From positions 32,001 through 96,000 of the forward strand of contig CAXXWC010000010.1 in the NCBI GenBank assembly GCA_963668645.2: a stretch of DNA of 64,000 nucleotides. Reading direction: 5' to 3'. Under the pieces are notes generated by a model. It searched no databases and was not told the DNA's origin. It saw nothing but the letters and a program-made list of their open reading frames with translations. Position 1 is the stretch's first letter, and the number at the start of each line of letters is the position of its first letter. The DNA is from Desulfobacterales bacterium. Its GTDB lineage: Bacteria > Desulfobacterota > Desulfobacteria > Desulfobacterales > UBA2174. The position numbers and the translations under genes were made by a program. Of this stretch, positions 20,220-29,360 are shown in pieces.

Positions 20220-20328
20220 GATATTCTCCTTTTAATGGGTCAGTTACATTCCTGCCAAGAGGCAGTGCTCTAATCGGCACCGAACTTAATGCCGAGGTTA
20301 TAAGCAGTACATTTCTGATAAAATGCCG

Positions 20329-20526
20329 TCACTTAGCATTTTTAAGGGCATCACCCAAATCAATGAGTTCCTGTTTCGTTCCGCTGAAAGTAATAGTTTT
20401 GCTACCTTTTGGAGTTGGCTGCGTTACAACTAATACCTTTGATTTGAGCATCTGCTGTATTTCCGCATGGCTTATATTGATCAGATGAGGGCCTTCGCTC
20501 GTGCTGTATTTGATTTCAATTTTCAT
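20329..20526 (-). CDS. Hypothetical cassette protein (65 aa)
   Basis: Good RBS (AAGGAGAG); begins just after the attC at 20565-20627. Confidence 0.6.
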   Translation of the reverse strand: MKIEIKYSTSEGPHLINISHAEIQQMLKSKVLVVTQPTPKGSKTITFSGTKQELIDLGDALKNAK

Positions 20527-20564
20527 CTGACTCTCCTTTTTTGTGCGGTCATTGGTTTATAATT

Positions 20565-20627
20565 GCCTAACCGGTTGCCAACGCAGCGGAGCGTAGTTGG
20601 AAATCCGCGTTAAGGCACTTGTTGTAC
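20565..20627 (-). other. attC site
   Basis: GCCTAAC...TGCC-AACGC-GCGGA / TCCGC-GTT-GGCA...GTTGTAC imperfect palindrome, 63 bp, just after a stop codon. Confidence 0.8.
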
Positions 20628-20644
20628 GATATAGTCTCTGCTGT

Positions 20645-22027
20645 TCAATCCTTCACATCTTTCAACCTTGATTTCGGCCTAGTGATCAGAGCAAAAAACA
20701 GTCCGACAATAAACAAGACAACACCTGGTCCCGCGTCACTTATGTTTGAATGTAGTCCCAAAAACTGGGCGGTCCAATTGGTATTCCCGACTGCGCCGGC
20801 GATACTTAGAACAGCACCCAAGGCTACGCAGGACCACGATATTACTAGTCCGTATTTCCCGTATCTATGCTCAAGCTCGAGAAACTGCTTCTTGAGTTTG
20901 CTGCTCTTGGGAGTGCTGCTTGTTCGCTTGACTTCCGCCATTTCCTGCCCTTTCGCTGAATAAGCAACGGTTGGGTTCCCTGCATCTGGCTCCCCAACAG
21001 CATGATGAATTGATGTTCCAGAAATGATAGTGCCGTTAGTGCTAAGCAGACTACATCTTAGCGCTTTACAATATTCGCGATTCGGCTCAGTTGATAGGCT
21101 ATCAGCCAAGCCGAATGGAAGTCTATCTTCGGTGAACTGCTCCGCGCATTGCCTGTAGTTATCTTTCAATAACGCCATATTTGGATTATAGCGAAGCGTC
21201 AGAATCGCTTCCGGTGCCTCAACCGCTTGATACAAGAAATCTCGCAAACCAACAGCGCAGAGATAGTTAAAATATGTCAGAAAGCTGTTCGTTGCACACC
21301 GCTGTTGCCCCAAGGCGAACGCAGTGGTCGCGAATGGAAGGTCAAAAAGAATAGTTGAATTAAACTCTTGTATGTAAGCAAGATAGTAGTATTTTTCAAA
21401 CAGAATCCGTACCGATTGTATTGCTTGCTTTGGAAAGCCATCCAGTTTCTTCAACACCGACGGCCATATAAAGGGAAGGGAACGATATGCGTCTTGGAAG
21501 GTACTAATAATCTGCAGAAGCCGGCTACGCAACGCATCGTCGGGTAGCGACTCGTAAATCTTCTTCCAATCGTCAGACAGGGCTTCAACTGCGTTTTGCT
21601 GCCACTGCTCTACGCAGAAGAGCCCAACCTTAGTGTCTCGATCAATCAGAGGTGCAGCGACCTTAACGTACAATTTCTCCGGGCTCTTCGCGAAAAATCT
21701 ATTATAAGACGGCAAGTGGCGATACTCAGCGTAACCTTCCATCTTTTTAGATATATATGCAACGATATCCTGCTCACGAAATGCATATCTTATTAAACCA
21801 TCGTGCCTAAAACATTTCAGCTTGACAAGGATGCGCCTCGACAAATCTGATTCATATCCGAAACCAATTGGCAAAAAGCAATAATCAGACGCAAGCAATG
21901 TGGCGACAAAGCACGCCATGATCAACTGTTGCTCCGATCTCTGCTTGGTATAGTGAGATCGCAGGCCGAAGATTGCCTGTGTGTCATAGTTCATGAAATG
22001 CAGGAAGATGTTTTGAAACTTATTCAA
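20645..22027 (-). CDS. Hypothetical protein with soluble N-terminal domain and two C-terminal transmembrane helices
   Basis: Long ORF; probable TTG start overlapping the upstream stop. Hydrophobic segments LVISWSCVALGAVLSIAGAV and GPGVVLFIVGLFFALIT. Confidence 0.75.
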   Translation of the reverse strand: MNKFQNIFLHFMNYDTQAIFGLRSHYTKQRSEQQLIMACFVATLLASDYCFLPIGFGYESDLSRRILVKLKCFRHDGLIRYAFREQDIVAYISKKMEGYAEYRHLPSYNRFFAKSPEKLYVKVAAPLIDRDTKVGLFCVEQWQQNAVEALSDDWKKIYESLPDDALRSRLLQIISTFQDAYRSLPFIWPSVLKKLDGFPKQAIQSVRILFEKYYYLAYIQEFNSTILFDLPFATTAFALGQQRCATNSFLTYFNYLCAVGLRDFLYQAVEAPEAILTLRYNPNMALLKDNYRQCAEQFTEDRLPFGLADSLSTEPNREYCKALRCSLLSTNGTIISGTSIHHAVGEPDAGNPTVAYSAKGQEMAEVKRTSSTPKSSKLKKQFLELEHRYGKYGLVISWSCVALGAVLSIAGAVGNTNWTAQFLGLHSNISDAGPGVVLFIVGLFFALITRPKSRLKDVKD

Positions 22028-23786
22028 GATGATTTCCCTGCTTACAGAATGACTGAGCCGCAAGTTGGCCGCATCCAATCTGAGGATCCCCTGGTGTTCC
22101 GAAGACGTAACATTGAAAACCTCTGCCCTGCATTTCCGCTCTGATTCGTTCAAATTTGGCCATTTCTGGACTCAAAAGGGAGAGGTCGCTTGTGGCTTCG
22201 GTAGGGTTCAGAAAACTTAGCTTTATTGCAATGGAGTCTCTGTACGCGTCGACCAGCCCCATGAACTCATCTAATGTTCGCGAATCATCGTTAAGCCCCT
22301 TGATCAAAATGTAGTTAATCTTCACCCTGCAGTGCTCATTTGCGCCGGCAAGCAGTAATGCCTTTGGCAATACGTAGTGTATTGGAGGAGGGACAGTTTT
22401 AGAGAATACATGCTTCATTAGTTCTGGATTGTGATGGTAATAAGGCAATTGTATTGTTCTAAGATGAAAGAAAGATGCACGCCACGTATCAAACGCCAAC
22501 AAGTTGTACCCGCTAGTTGCAATATTGAAACGTACGGAGGGATAGAGCCTGTAAATGTGGGCCGCCCCGTAAAGTATTTTCTGTGCCACGACCGACGGTT
22601 CGCCAATTCCAGCAAAACTTACCTGGAACTCTGGAAGTTCATCCGGTGTTATGCCGTCAACGGTAAGGCAACTGTTGACTTGGGCGAGATACTCGATCGG
22701 GTTCAGAGGACTGGCATGGCCTAGCGCATTTGCCGCACAGAAGTAGCAGCCTACTGTACAGCCGAACATGTTACTGACCTCGATCGTGACATCCCGAAGC
22801 TCGCTATTACGAAAGTGCTTGATTGTCATCGCTTCAATGTTCTTACCACTAAATGATCGCAAAATGTGCCGGTTTGCGTCCTGATAGTCCCAACTCCGCG
22901 CATGATATTTTGAAGATTTCGAGTGACTGGATATCACTGGAAGTCGAATGTCTCGGAGAACCGAGTCCAGTAGATCTTCGGTTTCATCCGGAAGTATGCC
23001 GTAACGGCGTTCAAGAGCGTTCTTGAGCGCTTTCTCATGAGAAAGGCTGGCAAGCATCCAGGCACGTACGTTCCGCTTCTTTCCTGAGTCAAGTTGGCTG
23101 AACTGTACACCTGTTTGCGTTGGGTCCCGGATTACCCTTGCGATTGTCGACAATATTCTTTCCCTGGACGTTCTTCTGTTTGAAAAGAGTGTATTGTCAG
23201 TAATTGTTCCATTCGCATCACATTCAATGCATTTGAGCTTGGTCTTGGAAACGACAACCATGTTGCCCAAGCCAACATGGTTCCTCTTCTTGCATAATGA
23301 ATTAACACAAAACGCGTAGTTCTGTATATTCTCCTTTCGCTTCGATTTCTCCCAGATGGCATCTTCCGTTTCCCTGGAGATGGTTGAAGTCGAGAGCCCT
23401 CTCCCGTTAGTTTCTGGAAGTTGCGCTTCGAAAAGGGACAATTGCTTTCGAATGTTGGAATTTTCTCCGCTCTTGTATAGATGGGAAAACCTGCGATGAA
23501 GTTTTGCCTGCATTTCATGAAGGATCTTGGACAATACAGGGTCTGTTGAGTTGTCGATCTGGTGCATAAGGCAACACATCAAAATCATAAGAACGTCACC
23601 GGCCTCACTAAATACGTTTACCCTATCGCCTAATTCAAAAGATGTTATAAATTCATCCAATTCCGCCTTTAGGGATCTTGATAGGGAGGCAATTGTTTGA
23701 TCTCGTGCCCAGTGCGATTCCTTCATCAGCGTTTTGACTGCCGATTCGGTATTCATCAATATTGATGCAGGAGCATCAACTTTCAT
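22020..23786 (-). CDS. MazG-like pyrophosphohydrolase / Zn-ribbon / RlmN-like radical SAM fusion protein
   Basis: MazG motifs W..DQT..SL...AELDE, SEAGD, KLHRRFSH, WEKSK. Cys pairs CVNSLC and CIEC. Radical SAM GCTVGCYFC, FAGIGEP, NYILIKGLND, GCGQL. Confidence 0.85.
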   Translation of the reverse strand: MKVDAPASILMNTESAVKTLMKESHWARDQTIASLSRSLKAELDEFITSFELGDRVNVFSEAGDVLMILMCCLMHQIDNSTDPVLSKILHEMQAKLHRRFSHLYKSGENSNIRKQLSLFEAQLPETNGRGLSTSTISRETEDAIWEKSKRKENIQNYAFCVNSLCKKRNHVGLGNMVVVSKTKLKCIECDANGTITDNTLFSNRRTSRERILSTIARVIRDPTQTGVQFSQLDSGKKRNVRAWMLASLSHEKALKNALERRYGILPDETEDLLDSVLRDIRLPVISSHSKSSKYHARSWDYQDANRHILRSFSGKNIEAMTIKHFRNSELRDVTIEVSNMFGCTVGCYFCAANALGHASPLNPIEYLAQVNSCLTVDGITPDELPEFQVSFAGIGEPSVVAQKILYGAAHIYRLYPSVRFNIATSGYNLLAFDTWRASFFHLRTIQLPYYHHNPELMKHVFSKTVPPPIHYVLPKALLLAGANEHCRVKINYILIKGLNDDSRTLDEFMGLVDAYRDSIAIKLSFLNPTEATSDLSLLSPEMAKFERIRAEMQGRGFQCYVFGTPGDPQIGCGQLAAQSFCKQGNHLE

Positions 23787-23834
23787 ATCATTTCTTCCCG
23801 TCATCGCATTGCCTATGAGTGTTTTGTCGCTTAC

Positions 23835-23959
23835 GTACAACATTTAAGATTGTATGCGGAGTCACTTCAAACGAAGTGACCGTCGCAATTCAAATATTAC
23901 CGTATGGGACCGGTAGGCGAAATCCCAATAGCCATGATTCCGCATACAATCTGTTGGAC
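23835..23959 (-). other. attC-like site (family A, associated with the miniature element)
   Basis: GTACAAC...AGATTGTATGCGGAGTCA / TGATTCCGCATACAATCT-GTTGGAC long inverted repeat, 125 bp. Confidence 0.8.
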
Positions 23960-24503
23960 TACCGCCCCTCTTCATATGTACTTTCTTTCTCTATTCCGAC
24001 ATTTTTCCTGGTGCATTCCTCAGAAAGTGTTATACAAATCCAGACGGCTGGAAGCCCTGGCAACCCAGCATCATTGTTGTTCAGCGATTGGCAGATGGTT
24101 CCAGCGCTCTCGAACCCGATTCGAAGGCGCACCTATTCGCTTTCATCAAAAACAACAATCTTCGAGCACAACTCATTACGCCTATGGCGGATATCAGTAG
24201 GCGAAGTCGGCTCCGAAAACCAGCCACCGCACCATGGTGCCGCCACAAACCGGGCAGAGCCTCCGATCCACGCCCGTCAACTTTATCGTCATGTCCCTGT
24301 CCATCTGATCGCGCAGCTTTCCCATTGGTCTCCTCCTTTTTTGGGGTTGATGTGTCTTCACAAAACATATCATCCCCCAGAGACCAACGGCGTTAAGTAC
24401 TCAAACCAGATAACGATCCCCTGTCGTTCACGCCTTCAAATTATCTACTTTCAAAGAGCAATCAACCCAAAGGTTTTGCTACCGCTAAGCGGTTTAGTTC
24501 AAC
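23953..24503 (-). mobile_element. Miniature recombinase/IS91-like element, copy 1
   Basis: Begins GTTGAACTAAACCGC and ends GCGGTAGTCCAAC. Contains the chimeric mini-ORF 24194-24325 MGKLRDQMDRDMTIK|LTGVDRRLCPVCGG. Confidence 0.7.
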
Positions 24504-24560
24504 GCCGCGGTTCACATGCCGCGAGGTACGAGCGGTCCTCTGTGAAACCGCATGTTATTT
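24497..24560 (-). other. attC site
   Basis: GTTCAAC-GCC-GCGGTTCACA...TGTGAAACCGC-AT-GTTATTT, 64 bp, with an extra unpaired base in the L arm. Confidence 0.85.
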
Positions 24561-24571
24561 GCCTCATTTGG

Positions 24572-25234
24572 TTAGCTTTCATCCAGATACTGAATAAATC
24601 TCTTACCAAGAGGTGTTACAGAATTCCTTAGATCCTGTGCGCCACTTCCTGTCATCATCGTATTTAGGCTCTGTAAATTTGTAACACGCAAATCATTTAG
24701 TTGTTGGACAAGATCTTCAATCCTGTCTCTATCCATATCCGGAAGTCTTTCACTCAAAGTTTGAGAGGGCGAACCCATCATTCCGGGATTTTGAGGGGGT
24801 GGTTCCATTAACGCTTGTAATACCCTGATATGATCACCATAAATATTTTCTAATAGCTTTAGTAGTCTAAGCTGGTCATCATACTGCTCTCCGGGATTCC
24901 TTACAGCCTCTACTATAAATGATTTAAGAATTTTACGTTTTTCCTCATTCCTTTCCTCTGATGTTCGCCTGAGGGTTTGTTCCAATAAATCCTCAAAATC
25001 TTCAGTCTTGACATATTCTTCGGAAACTTCGGACTTAAAACCTCTCAAGTCTTCTGAAAATTCATGCAAAAGCTCATTCACTCGTTGGATTTTGCGTCCC
25101 GTCGATATACCTCCCAAAACATTGCTTACCGGCCCACCAACCCAAGGAACTGCACTTGAAACAAAAGACATGATGTCTATAATCTTTTCTTTGTCATCAA
25201 ATTTGACAAGAGATTTTGAGCCATCTTTCGTCAT
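24572..25234 (-). CDS. Hypothetical cassette protein (220 aa)
   Basis: RBS AAGGAGG; bounded by attC sites; ends in a wHTH-like VTPLGKRFIQYL. Confidence 0.8.
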   Translation of the reverse strand: MTKDGSKSLVKFDDKEKIIDIMSFVSSAVPWVGGPVSNVLGGISTGRKIQRVNELLHEFSEDLRGFKSEVSEEYVKTEDFEDLLEQTLRRTSEERNEEKRKILKSFIVEAVRNPGEQYDDQLRLLKLLENIYGDHIRVLQALMEPPPQNPGMMGSPSQTLSERLPDMDRDRIEDLVQQLNDLRVTNLQSLNTMMTGSGAQDLRNSVTPLGKRFIQYLDES

Positions 25235-25252
25235 GTGAATACCTCCTTGAGC

Positions 25253-25377
25253 AAATCACATTTAAGATTGTATACGGAGTCACTTAAAACGTAGTGACCA
25301 TCGTAATTCAAATATTACGGTAAGGGACCGGTAGGGGAAATCCCAATAGCCATGATTGCGCATACAATCTGTTGGAC
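25253..25377 (-). other. attC-like site (family A) with the core mutated from GTT to GTG
   Basis: Homologous to 23835-23959. The R' box reads GTGATTT, whereas the matching R'' of the same cassette implies GTTATTT. Confidence 0.75.
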
Positions 25378-25660
25378 TACCGCCCCTCTTCATATGTACT
25401 TTCTTTCTCTATTTCGACACCTTTTCTGGTGCATTCCTCGGAATGCGTAATACAAATCCAGATGGCTGGAGGCCCTGGCAACCCAATATCATGGTCGTTC
25501 AGCGATTGGCAGATGGCTCCAGCGCTCTCCAATTCGATACGAAGGCGCACCTATCCTTTTTTTTCCTGAAAAACGACAATATTCGAGCACAACTCACTGC
25601 TGTCAATGGGAATGAAAAGTGTACCAGTTATGGGAAAATAAAAGTGTACCACCGCGCTGG

Positions 25661-26446
25661 TTAATTCCGTGCCTCCTGGGCCGCTGCCGGCGGAACCGGG
25701 TGGCGTCCGAACTCGTTCTTTGAAAAATTGTGTTTCCTGAGCCGATAGCTGTGTCCTTTGATGTTGACCACGCGGCAGTGGTGCAGCAGCCGGTCGAGAA
25801 TGGCCGTGGCGATCACCTGGTCGCCGAACAGTTCCTTCCAGTCGATAAAGCTCTTGTTCGAGGTAATGATCGTCGAGCTGCGCTCGTAGCGATGGGAGAC
25901 GAACTGGAAGAACAGATACGCCTCCCGGCTGTCGATGGGCAGATAGCCCACCTCGTCGACCACCACCAGCGGCGAGGTCAGATAGGCCTTGTGCCGGGAC
26001 TGCGATTCCTTGAGCTTGCGCATCAGCGTGTCCATCGTGGTGAAATAGACCTTGAAACCGTGATGGCACGCTTTGGTCGCCAGCGAGATGGCCAGATGGG
26101 TTTTACCCACCCCCGGCGGCCCGAGAAAGATCACATTTTCATGCTTGGCGATAAAGTCCAAATCGAACAGGGTCATCACCTCCTTTTTGTTCAGATCCGG
26201 ATGGAAAGTAAAGTCGTAGGCGTCGATGGTTTTGGCGGCCGGCAAGCCGGCGGTTTTCATGGCGGTTTGCACCCGGCGCTTTTCCTTGGCCGCGACTTCC
26301 TCCTCCAGCAGGTGGTCGAGGAACGACAGGTACGAGCCCTTTTCGGCCTCGGCCTGGGAGAGGACCGAGTCCAGAACATCAGCCGCCTGGGTGAGCTTGA
26401 GCCGCTGCAGATTGTCCCGCAGACGGTCGCTAATCAGCTGGTCCAT
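25661..26446 (-). CDS. istB: IS21 helper ATPase IstB
   Basis: GPPGVGKTHLA, VVDEVGY, IITSN, AILDRLLHH, GHSYR. Confidence 0.95.
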   Translation of the reverse strand: MDQLISDRLRDNLQRLKLTQAADVLDSVLSQAEAEKGSYLSFLDHLLEEEVAAKEKRRVQTAMKTAGLPAAKTIDAYDFTFHPDLNKKEVMTLFDLDFIAKHENVIFLGPPGVGKTHLAISLATKACHHGFKVYFTTMDTLMRKLKESQSRHKAYLTSPLVVVDEVGYLPIDSREAYLFFQFVSHRYERSSTIITSNKSFIDWKELFGDQVIATAILDRLLHHCRVVNIKGHSYRLRKHNFSKNEFGRHPVPPAAAQEARN

Positions 26447-27708
26447 ACCCCGCCTCCTTTCTGGGCAAACTGTTCATACTCGGACAGCGGCCGATAGGCT
26501 ACCTGGGGAAAGAGACTGGCGTTGACCAGGCCGCGGGTGGCTTTGCCCTTGGGGCGGCCGTAGGGTGGCTGACAGGGCTGTTCGCGGCGCAGATCGAGGA
26601 TCTGCTTGATGATGGCCGGATCGGTCATCCATCGGCCCTTTTCATCGCTCTGGGCATAGGTCTTGAGCAGCCGGTCGTCGTCGTAAATCCGCACGGCGCC
26701 GTCTTTGATCTTCAACAACACTTTCTTGCCCACCGCTTCCGGAGGGACTTGGTAGCGGCTGGCGTTGTAGGAGACCATGCAGTCCTTGTAGACCTTGCGA
26801 TAGACCTTGATGGCGGTGTCGTAGTCGGGCATGACCGGGCTGAGGCTCTTGACCTCCTGCTGCCAGCGCATGTCCACCGGCTGGCGGTGGGTGCCGTGTG
26901 TGCGCCGGTTGGCCGTCTGGGAAAGCCACTGTAGAAGATCGTGGTTGGCCGCCTCCAGGCTGGTAAAGCGGTAGCCTCTCCAGAAGGCTTCGCGGATGTA
27001 GTCCATCGGCCGTTCCACCTTTCCCTTGACCCAGGGGCTGTAAGGCGCACAGAGGATCGGCTTGAAACCGTAGTGGTTGGCAAAATGCGTAAACTCGACG
27101 TTGATGACCGGCTTTGCGTTCTGACGGCCGGAAAAGACGTTGCGCATGTTGTCGTAGAGCAGCTCGAAAGGCACACCGCACAGGTATTTAAAGGCGTGTA
27201 TGTGGGCATCCATGAATGCTTGGAGGGTGCATTGGCTGACGAATTCGGCATACATGGCGCGCGAAAAGCCTAATACGAGGACAAAGAGGTAAAGCGTCAG
27301 ATCCACGGCGCCGGCCGCGCTGACCTTGAAATCGCCCCAATCGACCTGCCCCTGGAGCCCGGGCACGGTCTCGAAGCGCAGGTAGGCCTGGCGCCGGTTG
27401 CGGGCTTTGATGGATCGCACAAACGGCTTGACCGTATCGTAGCTGCCTGAATATCCAAGATCTTTGATCCTCTGGAAGATCCAGGCAGCCCGATAGTCAT
27501 CTTGGGCCAGCCAGTCTTCAATCATCTGGTAGAACGGCGCCAGGATCGACTCCCTTTTGCTGGTTTTTGAGTACTCCGGCGCCTGGGGCTGAGAGATATA
27601 CTTTTTTACCGTGTCGCGGTGAATGCCAAGCTTTCGCGAGATGGCTCGCTGAGACAACCCTTGGCGGTAATAGGAAAGAATGTCCATGAAGACCTCCCTT
27701 GCGATCAT
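26434..27708 (-). CDS. istA: IS21 transposase IstA
   Basis: N-terminal HTH, RFET.PG.QGQVDWG, YDNM, KGKVER. Confidence 0.95.
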   Translation of the reverse strand: MIAREVFMDILSYYRQGLSQRAISRKLGIHRDTVKKYISQPQAPEYSKTSKRESILAPFYQMIEDWLAQDDYRAAWIFQRIKDLGYSGSYDTVKPFVRSIKARNRRQAYLRFETVPGLQGQVDWGDFKVSAAGAVDLTLYLFVLVLGFSRAMYAEFVSQCTLQAFMDAHIHAFKYLCGVPFELLYDNMRNVFSGRQNAKPVINVEFTHFANHYGFKPILCAPYSPWVKGKVERPMDYIREAFWRGYRFTSLEAANHDLLQWLSQTANRRTHGTHRQPVDMRWQQEVKSLSPVMPDYDTAIKVYRKVYKDCMVSYNASRYQVPPEAVGKKVLLKIKDGAVRIYDDDRLLKTYAQSDEKGRWMTDPAIIKQILDLRREQPCQPPYGRPKGKATRGLVNASLFPQVAYRPLSEYEQFAQKGGGVWTS

Positions 27709-28132
27709 GGCGAAGCCCTCCTTTCTTGGAGGGTCCTACCATGATCCGGCCACGGAGGTGGTACACTTTTCATTCCCTTTTTTGGTACATTTTTGCATTA
27801 CCAGTGACAACTGCGCCTATGGCGGCAATCCGTAGGCGAAGTCCACTCCGAAAGCCACTCGCCGCAGCATGATGCCGCCACAAACCGGGCAGAGCCTCAG
27901 ATCCAAACCCGTAAACTTTATCGTCATTTCCCTGTCCATCTGATCGCGCAGCTTTCCCATTGGTCTCCTCCTTTCTTCGGGGTTGATGTGTCATCACAAA
28001 ACATATCATCCCCCAGAGACCAAGGGCGTTAAGTTCGCAGACCAGATAACGAGTCCCTATCGTTCACGCCTCCAAATCATCAATTTTCAAAGAGCAATAA
28101 ACCCGAAGATTTTGCTACCGCGAAGCGGTTTA

Positions 28133-28261
28133 GTTCAACGCAAGCTTCACCCGGCAGGCGTCGAATTACGAGAACCGGCGAGAAGCGAAAAAGGTTGAAA
28201 AAACTAAAGACTTACAAACAACTGCACCGTAAGCCCGATCGGGTGCAAGCACTTGTTAGAG
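28133..28261 (-). other. attC site
   Basis: GTTCAAC-GCAA-GCTTCACCCGG...TCGGGTGCAAGC-ACTT-GTTAGAG, 129 bp, with an extrahelical base in the L arm. Confidence 0.85.
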
Positions 28262-28266
28262 CAAAT

Positions 28267-28692
28267 TTACTTTTCAGCCTTATCATCAAGGGTGCCGTCC
28301 AATGTTCTCAATCGTAAATAGCGTAGGATACGCCCCAAACCGATAAAAAAGCAAAGTAAAGCGCCTCCACGACCTAAAACTAAAATGCAAATATAAATAC
28401 TGTAGGGCATACCCAACATTTGTCCTGGTTCGGCAACAAATTCAGGCACTATCCAAAGAAGATTTCCAAGAAACAAATAGCGAAGAATTGAAAAAAGATA
28501 ATAATTGGTAATCCCTTGTCGAACTCCCATTTTCATGGATTTCCATTCATCGGTTTCTTTTTCTCTTGCTTCAAGCGATTGTTGTCTTGCTTTCTTAGTT
28601 ATTTGGAAACCTGTTTGGCCTAAATAAACAATAAGGGCACCGAGTACAGACCCAATGGCACCTATTACTAATTTTTCTGGGATTTGATCCAT
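28267..28692 (-). CDS. Hypothetical membrane protein (cassette)
   Basis: Three hydrophobic segments. The cassette starts GTTAGAGC (28720-28727) and ends GCTCTAAC (28255-28262). Confidence 0.8.
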   Translation of the reverse strand: MDQIPEKLVIGAIGSVLGALIVYLGQTGFQITKKARQQSLEAREKETDEWKSMKMGVRQGITNYYLFSILRYLFLGNLLWIVPEFVAEPGQMLGMPYSIYICILVLGRGGALLCFFIGLGRILRYLRLRTLDGTLDDKAEK

Positions 28693-28720
28693 ATTGTCTC
28701 CGACAACTTAATATATAAAG

Positions 28721-28842
28721 CTCTAACGTTTCAATAACCTGCCCCAAGCAAAGCCAATAGTGGCCGATGCAAGTAAACACGAAATTAACTTAAGGCCAGA
28801 GAGCGGACGTGCTTAGGGTCTGTGTTTATTGGTTTGTTATAA
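28721..28842 (-). other. attC site
   Basis: CTCTAAC-GTTT-CAATAACC...GTTTATTG-GTTT-GTTATAA with inner CCAAGCA/TGCTTAG pairing, 122 bp. Confidence 0.8.
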
Positions 28843-28849
28843 ATTTTTA

Positions 28850-29351
28850 TTATAGGTAATCCCAATTTGAACTTAATACCTTTACTTCTATACCATTTTC
28901 CAGAAGCAATTTGCTAAAACTGACGACATGAAGAGAACCGCATACGAAAAGTAGAGGCCAGATGTTTAGCTCTATAACTTTCTTTAACCACGCATATTCT
29001 CTTAATTTTTCATTCTCCCAAGCTCTTTGATCGAAATCAGATGACGATTCGCCTTTCTTTTGACCTAAATATTGTTTAACCCCGAGTGCTTCCTCTTCTT
29101 TCCTCGTAGCGTTACAATATTTATGATGAATCCCCAGTTTTAGAGCTATTTCTCTAACAAAAGACTGTTTTATCTTGTTTGAGATCTTCAATTGAAAATT
29201 CTTCACCAATTGCATTGATTCTGTTCTCAGTGAAGGATTGTTTTATAAATTTTTCAAATTCAATGATGGCAGCACTGTCGACTTCTTCATATAGGTTTGA
29301 GTTATGTTGATATTTGTGATCGGTACCGATAAGGAATACGATTCGATTCAT
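28850..29351 (-). pseudogene. Frameshifted hypothetical cassette gene
   Basis: ORFs 29154-29351 and 28850-29215 overlap in different frames and together fill one cassette (GTTATAAA...TTTATAAC). Confidence 0.7.
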
Positions 29352-29360
29352 TTTTTGTCT

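Larger units (their letters stand above)
25601..27809 (-). mobile_element. IS21-family insertion sequence, intact
   Basis: TGTCA termini with repeated AAAAGTGTACCA motifs. 5-bp target duplication ACTGC (25596-25600, 27810-27814). Confidence 0.95.
25371..28139 (-). mobile_element. Miniature recombinase/IS91-like element, copy 2, interrupted by IS21
   Basis: Colinear with copy 1 once 25601-27814 is removed (555 bp vs 551 bp). Mini-ORF 27817-27960 MGKLRDQMDREMTIK|FTGLDLRLCPVCGG...GLPP*. Confidence 0.75.

Noticed and set aside
20250..20303. attC between the 65-aa ORF and the GIY-YIG gene
   Set aside because: One GTTATAA box and a short stem are present, but there is no matching AAC box at the proper spacing. 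Not listed as a feature.
22020..23786. Housekeeping rlmN, cfr or prokaryotic viperin
   Set aside because: It has a MazG fusion, lacks the first catalytic Cys and sits in a cassette. The motifs are RlmN-like rather than viperin-like.
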